A DNA stretch of 64,000 nucleotides from Malacoraja senta (GCA_038087875.1 JAXLNO010000680.1:62001-126000); one strand, 5' to 3'; shown: positions 51,133 to 63,615, numbered from the stretch's first letter. Translations and numbers: made by a program. The notes: generated from the letters alone by a model not told the origin.

Positions 51133-51997
51133 AATAATAATAATAATAATAATAGATTTTATTTATATAGCACTTCTCAGCACTCAAAGTCGCTTTACAA
51201 TTGAGTCAGGAATAAACGAAACAAAATAGAGCAGTAAGACAGAGATGCAAAGGGGAGGGGAACATGGGACTAAGGGTATGCAGAGGTGAAGAGATAGGTC
51301 TTGAGGCGGGACTGGAAGATGGTGAGGGACTCAGAATTTCGGATCAGTTGTGGGAGGGAATTCCAGAGCCTGGGAGCTGCCCTGGAGAAGGCTCTGCCTC
51401 CAAAAGTGCAGAGGTTGGATTTCGGAGTGGAGAGGAGACCAGCTGATGTGGATCTGAGGGACCGTGAGGGTTGGTAGGGGGAGAGGAGGTCAATGAGATA
51501 AGGGGGGGCCAGGTTGTTGAGGGCTTTGTAGGTGAGGACCAGGATTTTGTAGATGATCCGGTGGGAAATGGGAAGCCAGTGAAGTTCTTTGAGAACTGGG
51601 GTGATGTGGTGCCAGGATTTGGTGTGGGTGATGAGTCGGGCGGCTGCATTTTGAACCAGTTGGAGTCGGTTGATGCTGCTGGAATTGATTCCGAAAAGAA
51701 GAGAGTTACAGTAGTCCAGTCGGGAGGAGATGAAGAGCTTGGATGAGTCTTTCAGCAGCAGGGGTGTGAGAGAGGATCTGATTTTGGCAATGTTGCGGAG
51801 GTGAAAAAATGATGTTTTGACAACATGGCGGATGTGAGGCTCAAGGGAGAGGGTTGAGTCAAAGATCACGCCAAGGTTGCGGGCCTGAGGAGATGGGGAG
51901 ACAGTGGTGCCGTCAATAGTGAGAGTGGGGTTGTTAATTTTAGTAAGTGTTGATTTGGAGCCAATGAGGAGAAATTCTGTTTTGCTACTGTTTAATT
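51133..51997 (-). mobile_element. L2-clade LINE, 5'-truncated
   Basis: ORF 51270-51869(-) has SFFHLRNIAKIR...SRLDYCNSLL...LQLVQNAAARL...HITPVLKELHWLP...AFSRAAPRLWNSLP...FQSRLKTYLF. It has a (TTA)n tail and is flanked by agccat on both sides within a CR1 3' UTR. Confidence 0.9.
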
Positions 51998-52084
51998 AGC
52001 CATGATCACAGTGAATGGCGGTGCTGGCTCGAAGGGCCGAATGGCCCCCTCCTGCACCTATTGTCTATTGTCTGTTGTCAGCCA

Positions 52085-52730
52085 TTTTTTTAAATCAAAA
52101 ATATTTATTCAAATATTAAAACATTATATACACTACAATAAAAACAAACCAGAACCCAGCACCATAATACAAGACAAACCAATATCCTAAATAAACTGCT
52201 ATACATCTATGTTACACTCCTTGTCAAGGATGCATTCCACCCCCCGCGGTGCCCAGCGGTCCTGGAAACGCCCAGGGTGCCCGTGGACAGTGCGTAGTCC
52301 CGCTCTAACCCCACCCGGGCACAGACATAATCCCTGAAAAGGGGCAGGCAGCCGGCTCGGGCAGAGCCCTCTTCCGCCTGGAGCCGTGACTCGCGGATGG
52401 CCAGCTTGGCCAGGCCCAGGAGCAACCCAACCAGGACATCTTCAGCCCCACCCTCTCCCCTACGTGTCCAAAGATGAGGGTGGTGGGTGTGAAGTGCAGC
52501 CAGAAGGCAAAGGAGCAGCCCCCTTTAGATATTGGAACAGGGGCTGCAACCTCACACACTCCATGTACACGTGGTACACAGACTCTTCCAGCCCGCAACA
52601 GTGGCAGGCGGCTGGCGAGTCTGTGGACCGCGAGAGAAACAGGTCGCAGGGGACACCTCGGTGCAGTACCCTTCGCCCCAGGTCCCCAATGTAGAGGGGG
52701 AGAATCCCTGCGTAGAGGGACCCCCACTGG
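52085..52730 (-). mobile_element. Tx1-clade (L1-like) LINE 3' fragment
   Basis: Frameshifted remnants include a C-terminal Cys/His motif region, FWLHFTPTTLIFGH and LLGLAKLAIRESR...LFRDYVCARVGLE. An A-rich end lies near 52086. Confidence 0.7.
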
Positions 52731-52739
52731 GCCCTCCCC

Positions 52740-52895
52740 CCTCAAGCACACAGCCTTGGGGGGCTCCGGTGTGCTGGATGATGGTGTTTGAGGTGTTGTT
52801 GCTGGGGTGCCGGTAACAGCACCAAGGAGTCCCCTGCAACCTGTTTCTCTCCGACTGACTGTGGTGGATGCGTTAAGAAATCCAGGATCCTGATG
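52740..52895 (-). mobile_element. Rex1/Babar-like RT fragment
   Basis: ILDFLT..PQSV and TGAPQGCVL motifs. Confidence 0.6.
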
Positions 52896-53454
52896 CTGAG
52901 GGGATCATTAATATCTTCTCGTTTATTATACTGTTTACATATTCTGTTGTGCCCTAAAGAAAGTCTCAGTAAGGGTCTCGACCCGAACCATCACCCGTTC
53001 CTTCTCTCCAGAGATGCTGTCTGTCCCAGCTGAGTTACTCCAGCGTTTTGTGTTTCATATCCTCGGTGTAAACCGGCAGCTGCAGTTCCTTCCGACACAC
53101 AGTGTTTACTTCCTATTCAGTCCAGGCTAAACCTGATCATCACCAGCTGGGAGAAAAGGTTCTTTAATCTATAGCCATTGCATTCGAGTTAGAGTCAGAA
53201 TCAGAGTTAGAGTATACTGCACAGAAATACACCTGAAGACAGACACAAATTGCTGGAGTAACTCAGCGGGACAGGCAGCATCTCTGGTGAGAAGGAATGG
53301 GTGGCGTGTGGGGTCGAGGCCCTTCTTCAGACTTGAGGTACTCTGGCACGCCAATGAGCAAGACTTATCATTGATGTATTATGAGAGGGGCAATATTTAA
53401 AATTAAGTACCGGGGAAGACTGATGGTATTCGTATTGATAGCACTGTCTGACGA

Positions 53455-55095
53455 GAGGTCACAGCCTCAGAATTAAAGGACGATCTTTTAGGAAGGAGAT
53501 GAGGAGACATTTCTGTAGTCAGAGGGTGGTGAATCTGTGGAATTCATTGCCACAGAAGGTTGTGGAGGCCAAGCCAGATGATATTTTTAAGGCAGAGATA
53601 GATAGGTTCTTGATTAGTACGGGTGTCAGAGGTTATGGGGAGAAGGCAGGAGAATGGGATAGGAGGGAGAGATAGATTGAATGGCGGAGTAGACAATGGG
53701 CTGAATGGCCTAATTCTACACCTATCACTTATGACCTTATGACCTTAAAACTGTCTCTAACCCTGCTGAGCCTGATCTGGGTGCAGTTGAAGGGGTAATG
53801 TCGGGCATGATTTACTCTATATTTAACCATGCTATCTGGCCTAGTCTAGCTAATGGCTTGATTGCAAACCTGCATGTCTTTGGAGTGTGGGAGGAACCTG
53901 AAGAAATTCCCAGGATGGCGGGACTGTCATATGCTGTGAGAATGGAACGGCTGGGCTTGTATACTCTGGAATTTGGAAGGATGAGAGGGAATATCCTTGA
54001 AACATATAAGATTATTAAGGGTTTGGACACGCTAGAGGCAGGAAACATGTTCCCGATGTTGGGGGAGTCCAAAACCAGGGGCCACAGTTTAAGAATAAGG
54101 GGTAAGCCTTTTAGAACGGAGATGAGGAAACACTTTTTCACCCAGAGAGTGGTGAGTCTGTGGAATTCTCTGCCTCGCGGTGGAGGCCGGTTCTCTGGAT
54201 ACTTTCAAGAGAGAGCTAGATAGGGCTCTTAAAGATAGCGGAGTCAGGGGAGAAGGGGAGAAGGCAGGAACGGGGTACTGATTGGGGATGATCAGCCATG
54301 ATCACATTGAACGGCGGTGCTGGCTCAAAGAGCCGAATGGCCTACTCCTGCACCTATTGTCTATTGTCTATCTGGGAGAAAACCCACGCAGGTCACGGGG
54401 AGAACGTGCAAACTCCGTACAGACAGCACCCGTAGTCTGGATGGAACCCGGGTATCCGGAGCTGTGAGGCAGCAACTCTACCGCTGCGCCACCGTGCCGC
54501 CCTTAGTGTAGTGTTTTCCCGGCTTGCCCTGAAGCTGACCAGGGAATGCATCGAAGGAAAGGTCAAGGATTTATTTGACCTAACATACATGACCTTAGCT
54601 CTGTTTCGAACCCCTGAAACACTGACTTGGTGCAGTGGGAATGTGACTCAGTGTGGAAGCCGTGCCACATCGGTGGTACAGTGCAGAAGTGATGAGAGGG
54701 GATCTTGTAGAAACGTAGAAAATTATAAAAGGACTGGACAAGCTAGATGCAGGAAAAATGTTCCCAATGTTGGGCGAGTCCAGAACCAGGGGCCACACAG
54801 TCTTAGAATAAAAGGGAAGCCAAATTAAAACTGAGATGAGAAAAAAACCTTTTCACCCAGAGGGTTGTGAATTTGTGGAATTCCCTGCCACAGAGGGCAG
54901 TGGAGGCCAATTCACTGGATGCATTTAATAGATAGTTAGATAGAGCTCTAGGGGCTAGTGGAGTCAAGGGATATGGGGAGAAGGCAGGCACGGGTTACTG
55001 ATTGGGGACGATCAGCCATAATCACAATGAATGGCGGTGCTGGCTCGAAGGGCCGAATGGCCTCCTCCTGCACCTATTGTCTATGTTTCTATGAC
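53455..55095 (+). mobile_element. Cluster of three CR1 3' fragments with intervening SINE and unique DNA
   Basis: CR1 segments lie at about 53455-53745, 53905-54370 and 54690-55095. Confidence 0.8.
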
Positions 55096-56460
55096 ATGTT
55101 GATCCTTGGACTATCCTTGATCGGACCTTACCTTGCACTAAATGTTATTCCCTAATCAAGCATCTACACACTGTAATTGTACCATGTCCATTGTAATCAT
55201 CGATCTGCTAACTGGTTAGCATGCAACAAAAGCTTTTCACTGTACCTCGGTACACGTGACAATAAACTGAACTGAACTGAAGCTTTGTTCTCCCTTTCAG
55301 CAATTATGTGCTTTTTTCAGTCAGAGTTTGACTGTAGATAAATCTTTAGTTCAGCTGAGTTTATTTCAATAGAGACCGTGGCCGATACAAGAAAGACGAG
55401 TGTGGGAGACCCTTGGAGAAGGTTCTCATTCTCTGAATGGTGAGCCACCATTTATATCCTTCCAAGGATTCAGACATGTGACAATCAACCAAACCAAACA
55501 ACTAGAGAACCTGGTAGCTGTGACTTACCAAGAGTGTTTGATGGCAAAATGGGAACTTTAGTGCTGCATGTTCTACCCACCCCGGGAGGTACTGAATGCA
55601 AACACAGTTACGTTACAAAAACATGCCATTCGGCCAAACATTCTCGGCCCGAAACGTCACCTATTTCCTTCGCTCCATTGATGCGGCCTCACCCGCTGAG
55701 TCTCTCCAGCATTTCTGTCCACATTCGGCCAAGCACTGCCATTCCGAGTCCAGCCACCCTCTTGAGTCTGACGAAGGGGTCCTGACCTGAAACGTTGTCG
55801 ATCCACACCTTCCACCCTTGTGTGGAGGAAGGAACTGCAGATGCTGGTTTACACCGCAGATAGACAAGACACAAAGCGCTGGAGCAACTCCGCGGGGACA
55901 GGCAGCGTCTCTGGAGAGAAGGAACGGGCGATGTTTCGGGTCGAGCCTCCCCCCTATTTCAGACTCTCTGGAGAGAAGGAATGGGTTGATGTTTCAGGTC
56001 GATTCTTCCTCCACAGATGCTGCCTGAACCGCTGAGTTACTCCAGCACTTTGTGGCTTACTCAAGATTGCAGCATCTGATATTTCTAATCAGTTTCTCCC
56101 TGATGTGTTGTTCCAGCATGACTTTAAATGCTCCCGTGCTATGATTCATAAGAGGGCGGTGGTGGCTTTTTTTCTCTGCATTTAATATATGATATGCTTG
56201 ACCTATTCGTATTTGTACAGGTTATGGGGATGAATGGCATGTATGTACGTATGTATGTTTTATGATGCAGTGTAGGCATATCTTCATTCATCTTCCTCAT
56301 ATGGTGCCTAACCTCAAAGTCTTTATTGAGATGGTGTGGAGGGTTATTCTGTGCCTAGTTTGGGATTCATTGATGCACAGTTCAGAACAACCTACGGTAG
56401 ACACAAAATGCTGGAGTAACTCAGCGGGACAGGCAGCATCTCTGGAGGGAAGGAATGGGT

Positions 56461-56488
56461 GACGTTTCGGGTCGAGACCCTTCTTCAG
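56461..56488 (-). ncRNA. Minimal hammerhead-ribozyme-like motif
   Basis: Reverse complement of the identical 28-mer. Confidence 0.68.
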
Positions 56489-57092
56489 ACTTGTAAGAAA
56501 GAACTGCAGATGCTGGTTTAAATCATAGAAGCATAGAAACATAGAAAATAGGTGCAGGAGGAGGCCATTCGGCCCTTCGAGCCAGCACCGCCAATCCTTG
56601 TGATCATGGCTGATCGTCCCCAATCCATAACCCGTGCCTGCCTTCTCCCTCTTGATTCCACTAGCCCCCTAGAGCTCCATCTAACTCTCTCTTAAATCCA
56701 TCCAGTGATTTGGCCTCCACTGCGCCCATTCCTTCTCTCCAGAGAAGCTGCCTGTCCCGCGGAGTTACTCCAGCTTTTTGCGTCTACCTTCGATTTAAAC
56801 CAGCATCTGCAGTTCTTTCCTACACATTAGAAGAATCTACTGTTTGTTCCTAATGATTGCAGAGAATGGGGTGTCTGATGGGAGGGTGTGGAAGGAACTT
56901 TAGCTGCATGTTATGTGTGGGAAGGAACTGCAGATGCGGGTTTAAACTGAAGATAGACACAAAATGCTGGCTCTTGACCCGAAAGGTCACCCTTTCCTTC
57001 CATCCAGAGATGCTGCCTGTCCCGCTGAGTTACTCTGGCATTCTGTCTATCTTTCGCTGTATGTTTCCTTCATCTTTAATGTTCCACAGAAC

Positions 57093-57499
57093 CAGGCACG
57101 GAAATCGCTATCAAAACATGGGGGGGGGTGGGGGGGACACAATTTTTTGGCGGCCGCGCGCCCGCATGCGCACACACGCGAGGCTTCGGCCGTGCGCCCT
57201 GTGGACGGTAACATCGGGAGCTGACCTGGTTGGTGACCGGCTCCGAACTCCAGCAACAGCAGCTTCGTCCGCCCTGAATCGTGGGGCTTGAATCGGCCTG
57301 TTCGCGGGGCCTTTCATCACCCGGCGGGGGCTTCAACATCGGAAGTCCCGATCGCCTCGATGCAGCAGTTTGATTTTAAGCCACTCCGGGCGCTGAAAGG
57401 CCCCACGAATGGGCCGATTCAGCCCATAGAAAGCGTCTGATAAAGTCCGGATTACAAAACATGGGGGGCATTGTCCCCCACCCAGGATTTCCGCCCATG
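57093..57499. mobile_element. hAT-like MITE (407 bp)
   Basis: Perfect 8-bp TSD cacagaac (57085-57092, 57500-57507) and imperfect TIR caggcacggaaatc/gatttccgcccatg. Confidence 0.82.
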
Positions 57500-59896
57500 C
57501 ACAGAACAGTGCGGACAAACCTTGATTCTTTGGAAAGACACAAAATGCTGGGGTAACTCAGCGGGCCAGGCAGCATCCTCAACATGGATAAGTAATATTT
57601 AGAGTCGGAACCCTTCTTCAGACCCAAACCATCACCTATCCGTCTTCCCCCGGGATGCTGCCTGGCCTGCTGATTTCCATGTGCCTTTCCTTGCTAAATC
57701 AGCCTCTGCAGTTCCTTGATCAGTCCGAAGAAGCGTCTCGCTCCGAAACGTCACCCATGCCTTCTACTCTCCCTCGAGATGCTGCCTGTCGGTACTGATT
57801 GGGGATGATCACATTGAATGGTGGTGCTGTCTCGAAGGGCCGAATGGCCTCCTCCTGCACCTACTGTCTATTGTCTATTGTCTGTCCCACCGAGTTACTC
57901 CGGCACTTTGTGTTTATCTTCAATTAAAGCCGGTGTCTGCTGTTCCTTCCTACACATTTCTATACTCAGTACTCTGACTGATGAAGGCCAATGTATCAGA
58001 TGCCTTGTTGACCACCTTATCTACCGGCGAGCGGCATCTGCAGTTCCTTAATCCACATCTGTAGTTCCTTGTTTCTTCTGTGAACTTTATTCTTTCCATA
58101 CTACGTTGATCTATACTGTACATCAACTCTGAAACTTTCCAGGAGCGGACGCTGCATTTGTAATCGTGTGTCTTGATATCCTGTGGGGAGGAGGTCTTAG
58201 CATTGTGTTGAATCTGTTCTGATACTGTGTGAGCGGCCATGTACTCTGTCCAACCCGTGATATTGAAAGACCCAGGAGAGTGTACACTCTTTCCCCATTC
58301 CCGCCATAGACTTGAGTTCTCACAGAGGCCAAGTCCTATCAACCCCCCAGTGGCACGGTGGCGCAGCGGGTAGAGTTGCTGCCTCGGAGTCACGGGATCG
58401 ATCCTGACCACGGGCGCTGTCTGCACGGAGTTTGTACGTTCTCCCCGTGACCTGCGCGGGTTTTCTCCCGGATCTTCGGTTCCCTCCCACGCTCCAAAGA
58501 CGTACGGGTTTGTAGGCTAATTGGCTTCTGTAAAATCGTAAATTGTCCCTAGTGTGTGTAGGATATTGGGGATCGCTGGTCGGAAGAAATTGTAAATTGT
58601 AAATTGTCCCTAAAATGTGTAGGATGTTGAGGATCGCTAGTCGGAGCGGACTCTTTGGGCCGAAGGGCCTGATTCCAACATATCTCTAAACTATACGAAA
58701 CTAAACGACTGGTCTTGATGTTCAATGAGACTGCATCGAGTGAACTTTGCAGCCAACCCACTTGATGGGCCGAATGGCCTAATTCTTATGACCTTATAAC
58801 CTAAGATACAGTTCATTCATTTAAATACAGAATTTGAATCAGTGTTATCGTGACAAGTATTTTTTTTTTATCATTCCACTAACATATCAGTAATTTAAAA
58901 CTTAAAGTAAGTACTTCATGGGGTTTTTAACACAGAATTTTACTGATTTTAACCAATGGCTGGAGTAGCTCTTCTCCAGAGAGTTCCTCGTTTAAAAAAA
59001 AAACAATAATAATTTTATTTACATATTTCCATTGTTTACAATAATGTTGGTTTAAAATATGATTATCACTATCCAGGCTCCATCCCTATAGTCCGTGTGG
59101 TCCCAGTTAGACTCCAATATGCCGCCTATCTCCATAGACTCCCAGTCATGTAACTCTTGACAGAAGAGTTTAGTTTTAATCTAGAGATACAGCACGGAAA
59201 CAGGCCCTTCGGCCCACTGAGTCCGCGCCGACCAGCGATCCCCGCACACTAACACCATCCTACACAATTTTATATTGATACCAAGCCAATTACCCTACAA
59301 ACCTGCACGTCTTTGGAGTGCGGGAGGAAACCGAAGAGCTCAGAGAAAACCCACGCCGGTCACGGGGAGAAGGTACAAACTTTGTTTACAGACAGCACCC
59401 GTAGCCGGGGTCGAACCTGGTTCTCCGGCGCTGTGAGGCAGCAGCTCTACCCGCTGCGCCAACCGTGCCGCCCACAGTGTGGTGTTTTACTGCCTTGCAC
59501 TGAAGCTGAACAGGAAATGAATCAAAGGGAAGCTCAACGATTTATTTGACATATCCTGCCTAACTTACATAACCTCAGCTCTGTTTCAAACCTCCGAAAC
59601 ACTGACCTGGTGCGGAGAGAATGTGACTCAGTGTGTAAGCCGCGCTATATCTCTCTCTGGAACGTTAGTGGGACAGTGCAGAAGTGAACCACACCTTGAA
59701 CTACTATCTACCTCATTGGTGACCCTCGGGCTATCCTTGATCGGACTTTGCTGGCTTTACCTTGCACTAAACGTTATTCACTTACTATGCGTCTACGCGC
59801 TGTGGACGGCTCGATTGTAATCATGTATTGTCTTTCTGCTGACTGGTTAGCACACAACAAAAGCTTTTCACTGTACCTCCGTACACGTGACAATAA

Positions 59897-60500
59897 CCAT
59901 ATAACCATATAACCATTACAGCACGGAAACAGGCCATCTCGGCCCTTCAAGTCCGTGCCGAACATTTTTTTTTAAATTTTTTTTTATTTTTTTTAATTAA
60001 AAATAAATACTTCCCCCTAGTCCCATCTACCTGCACTCAGACCATAACCCTCCATTCCTTTCCCGTCCATATACCCATCCAATCTATTTTTAAAGGATAA
60101 CATCGAACCTGCCTCCACCACTTCCACTGGAAGCTCATTCCACACAGCTACCACTCTCTGAGTAAAGAAGTTCCCCCTAATGTTCCCCCTAAACTTCTGT
60201 CCCTTAATTCTCAAGTCATGTCCCCTTGTTTGAATCTTCCCTACTCTCAATGGGAAAAGCTTATCCACGTCCACTCTGTCTAACCCGCTCATAATTTTAA
60301 AGACCTCTATCAAGTCCCCTCTTAACCTTCTGCGCTCCAAAGAATAAAGACCTATCTTGTTCAACCTTTCTCTGTAACTTAGTTGCTGAAACCCAGGCAA
60401 CATTCTAGTAAATCTCCTCTGTACTCTCTCTATTTTGTTGACATCCTTCCTATAATTAGGCGACCAAAATTGTACTCCATACTCCAGAATTGGCCTCACC
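59897..60500 (-). mobile_element. CR1-clade LINE 3' fragment with (GGTTATAT)n tail
   Basis: Uninterrupted ORF 60017-60499(-), flanked by gacaata on both sides. Confidence 0.9.
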
Positions 60501-61991
60501 TAGACAATATACTAAACTGAACTGAACTGAAGCTTTGTTCTCTCTTTCAGCAATTCTGTACATCTTTCTGTCTGTAGAGACATCTTTAGTTTATGCTTAG
60601 TTTAGTTCAGTTTAGTTTATTGTTGTTCCGTGTACCGAGGGACAGGGTAAAGCTTTTTTGATGCCTGCTATCCAGTCAGCGAAAAGACTATACATGATTA
60701 CAATCAAGCCGTCCACAGTGTACGGATACAGGATAAAGGGTATTATCTTTAGTGCAAGGTAAAGTCTGATTCAATATACCTTGGGGGTTTCTGATGGGTT
60801 AGATGCGAGGTCAGGACCGCTCTCTAGTTGGTGAGAGGATGGTTCAGTTTAGTTTAGTTTAGTTTGGTGATACAGCTTGGAAACAGGCCCTTTGGCCCAC
60901 CGAATCCGCTTGCTGTAAATATTGGCTTGGTGTAAATGTACAATGGTGCCTAGTGTGTGTAGGGTAGTGTTAGTGTGCGGCGCGGACTCGGTGGGCCGAA
61001 GGGCCTGTTTCCGTGCTGTATCTCCAAACTAGACTAAAGTAAATGTTGACCCGACATGACCTGGGTGAATTGGACCTGCAACTTTCCTCTGTTTAGTAGC
61101 TGGCCTAGGACTGGGACAGCATTGAGGCAACTTTACTGCGTGTGTGAAACCTTTTGAATCATTCCTGGTACAGTATTGTAAATGGGGGCCATGAAACAGA
61201 GATTTAGTTGTAACCAACATCAAGTCAAGTCAAGTGAGTTTATTGTCATGTGTCCCTGGTAGGACAATGAAATTCTTGCTTTGCTTGAGCACAGAACATA
61301 GTAGGCATTTACTACAAGGCATTCTATAAATATATACACAATGGTCAATATACTGATAAAATGCAAATAACAGTATTGGCTAGTAAAGTTCAGTGTTATG
61401 TCCGAGCCAGGTTTAATAGCCTGATGGCTGTGGGGAAGTAGCTGTTCCTGAACCTGGTCGTTGCAGTCTTCAGGCTCCTGTACCTTCTACCTGAAGGTAG
61501 TAGGGAGATGAGTGTGCTTGCCATTTTGATTAGTACGGGTGTCAGGGGTTACAGGGAGAAGGCGGGAGAATGGGGTTGGGAGGGAGAGACAGATCAGCCA
61601 TGATTGAATGGCGGAGTAGACTTGATGGGCCGAATGGCCAAATTCTGCTCCTATCACTTATGCCCTGATGACTTATGACCTTATGACTTATGACGTTATG
61701 TGTCTACTGCTGATGTTGAGGACATTATAATTATTTTTTTAAATTAGAATGATTTCATGTCATTGCACTGACATCGGTGACAATTGAGCAGAACAGAGAC
61801 TGCCAATATTCAGTGGTATTGGCAGTATCCACTGGAAACATGGTACAGTTCAAGTTTATTTGAATATTGTGGGGTGGAGTAGGATTTCAATGAATAAATC
61901 TGTGCTGCGCAATAAAACAAAATTTATGCATCATTATTTTTTTTTGGTTTGTGCCCACATCTTCAGGCGTCTTGAATCGAACCGTACGCAC

Positions 61992-62347
61992 TTAGTTTAA
62001 GTTTAGTTGAGTTTAGTTTAGAGATACAGCGCGGAAACAGGCCGCTTCGGTCCACCGAGTCCGCGCCGACCAGCGATCCCCGCACACTGACGCCATCGTA
62101 CACACACACACTAGGGACATTTTTAATTATATTTACACCAAGCCAATTAGCCTACAATCCTCCACGTCTTTGGAGCGTGGGAGGAAACCGGAGATCCCTG
62201 GAGAAAACCCACGCGGGTCACGGGGGGGGGGGGAGAAGGTACAAACTCCGTGCAGACAAGCACCCGTAGTCGGGATCGAACCCGGCTCCTCTGGCGCTGC
62301 AAGCGCTGCAAGGCAGCAACTCTACCGCTGCGCCACCGTGACCGCCC
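61992..62347 (-). mobile_element. HE1-like V-SINE
   Basis: Same structure. Confidence 0.85.
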
Positions 62348-62557
62348 CCAGTTCCCTGGCACTGATTTGTTCAGTACCTTCTTCAGTTTCTCCAGATGAC
62401 TCAAGGAACTTGTTATTCAGTCAAGGATGAACAATGGTGGACAAACGAAGATTAAACTGGGGAAGATTTTAGAATTGGGAACTCCTGCCTTATAAGGGGT
62501 TTGGATAGGAAAACATTCATGGTTCATGGCCTTGATAGATGTTGATACTCGGATAGT

Positions 62558-62872
62558 CGCAGCATCTTTCATAACCTCACGGCTTCTAAAGCACTTTACA
62601 GCTAATGAGCGAAGGAAATAGGCAACGTTTCGGGTCGAGACCCTTCTTCAGACCCTTCTGAAGAAGGGTCTCGACCCGAAACGTTGCCTATTTCCTTGAG
62701 TCTGAAGAAGGGTCTCGACCCAAAACGTTGCCTATTTCCTTCGCTCCATAGATGCTGCTTCACCCGCTGAGTTTCTCCTGCATTTTTGTCTACCTTACAG
62801 CTAATGAAGTACTTTTGAAGTGTAGTGATACCCGCACTGCAAGAAAAGATAACACTTTCTTTGCACACAGCA
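62558..62872 (-). mobile_element. Decayed DeuSINE-like (SacSINE1/AmnSINE1-type) 3' region, interrupted
   Basis: aaagcactttacagctaatgaagtacttttgaagtgtagt...tttgcacacagca resembles the recalled reverse complement of that SINE group's 3' part. Confidence 0.5.
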
Positions 62873-62944
62873 CTGTAGTAACTTTCTCATGACATTGTTC
62901 GAGGGGAAAGAATTGGCCAGGAGAACAGGAAAAAACGTCCCAGT

Positions 62945-63205
62945 TTTAGGTTTAAGGTGAAGGGGAAAGGATTTAATCGGAATCTGAGGGGTAACTTTTC
63001 CACACAAAGGGTGGCGGATGTACGGAACAAACTGCCAGAGGAGGTAGTTGAGGCTGGAACTATCCCAACGTTTAAGAAACAGTTGGACAGGTACATGGAT
63101 AGGACAAGTTTGGAAGGATATGGACCAAGGGCAGGCAGGTGGGACTAGTGTAGGCGTGTAGGCCAGTTGGGTCAAAGGGCCTGTTTCCTCACTGTATGCA
63201 CTATG
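62945..63205 (+). mobile_element. CR1-clade LINE 3' fragment
   Basis: ORF 62957-63148. Confidence 0.82.
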
Positions 63206-63615
63206 GCTCCAAGACTCAAGTTCAAAATGGGACATTTAATTGACCCAAAACAAGCAAACAGATCCTGGGCTGAAAGTCTTAGATGCAAAGATGTAATGTC
63301 CGACAGTGTAGGAATGTGCGGCCTGTAGTACACTCAGGTATTTGGTGTTGGGTTCAACTACTCGTGAGTTGGAGGCGAGACTATTGGGAAGCATGGGAAA
63401 GCAAACCAGGCTGTTGTTGTGCATTAATGTTTGAGTAGCGTGCATTTGCGGGATGGGTAGTAAGGTCGCCCACAGCCCAGGCGCAGTTGGTGTCTTCAGG
63501 AGATGTCTGAAACATGGGAGGAAGAGGAAAGCTGGTTGACAAAGGAGGCAGTTCCAACGAAGCACCATCCTGCATTGCTTAGCCGCGAATCAGTGGCCCC
63601 ATCTCATGGAAACAA

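Noticed and set aside
51133..51997. Horizontal transfer of the well-preserved L2
   Set aside because: It cannot be assessed without a cross-species comparison.
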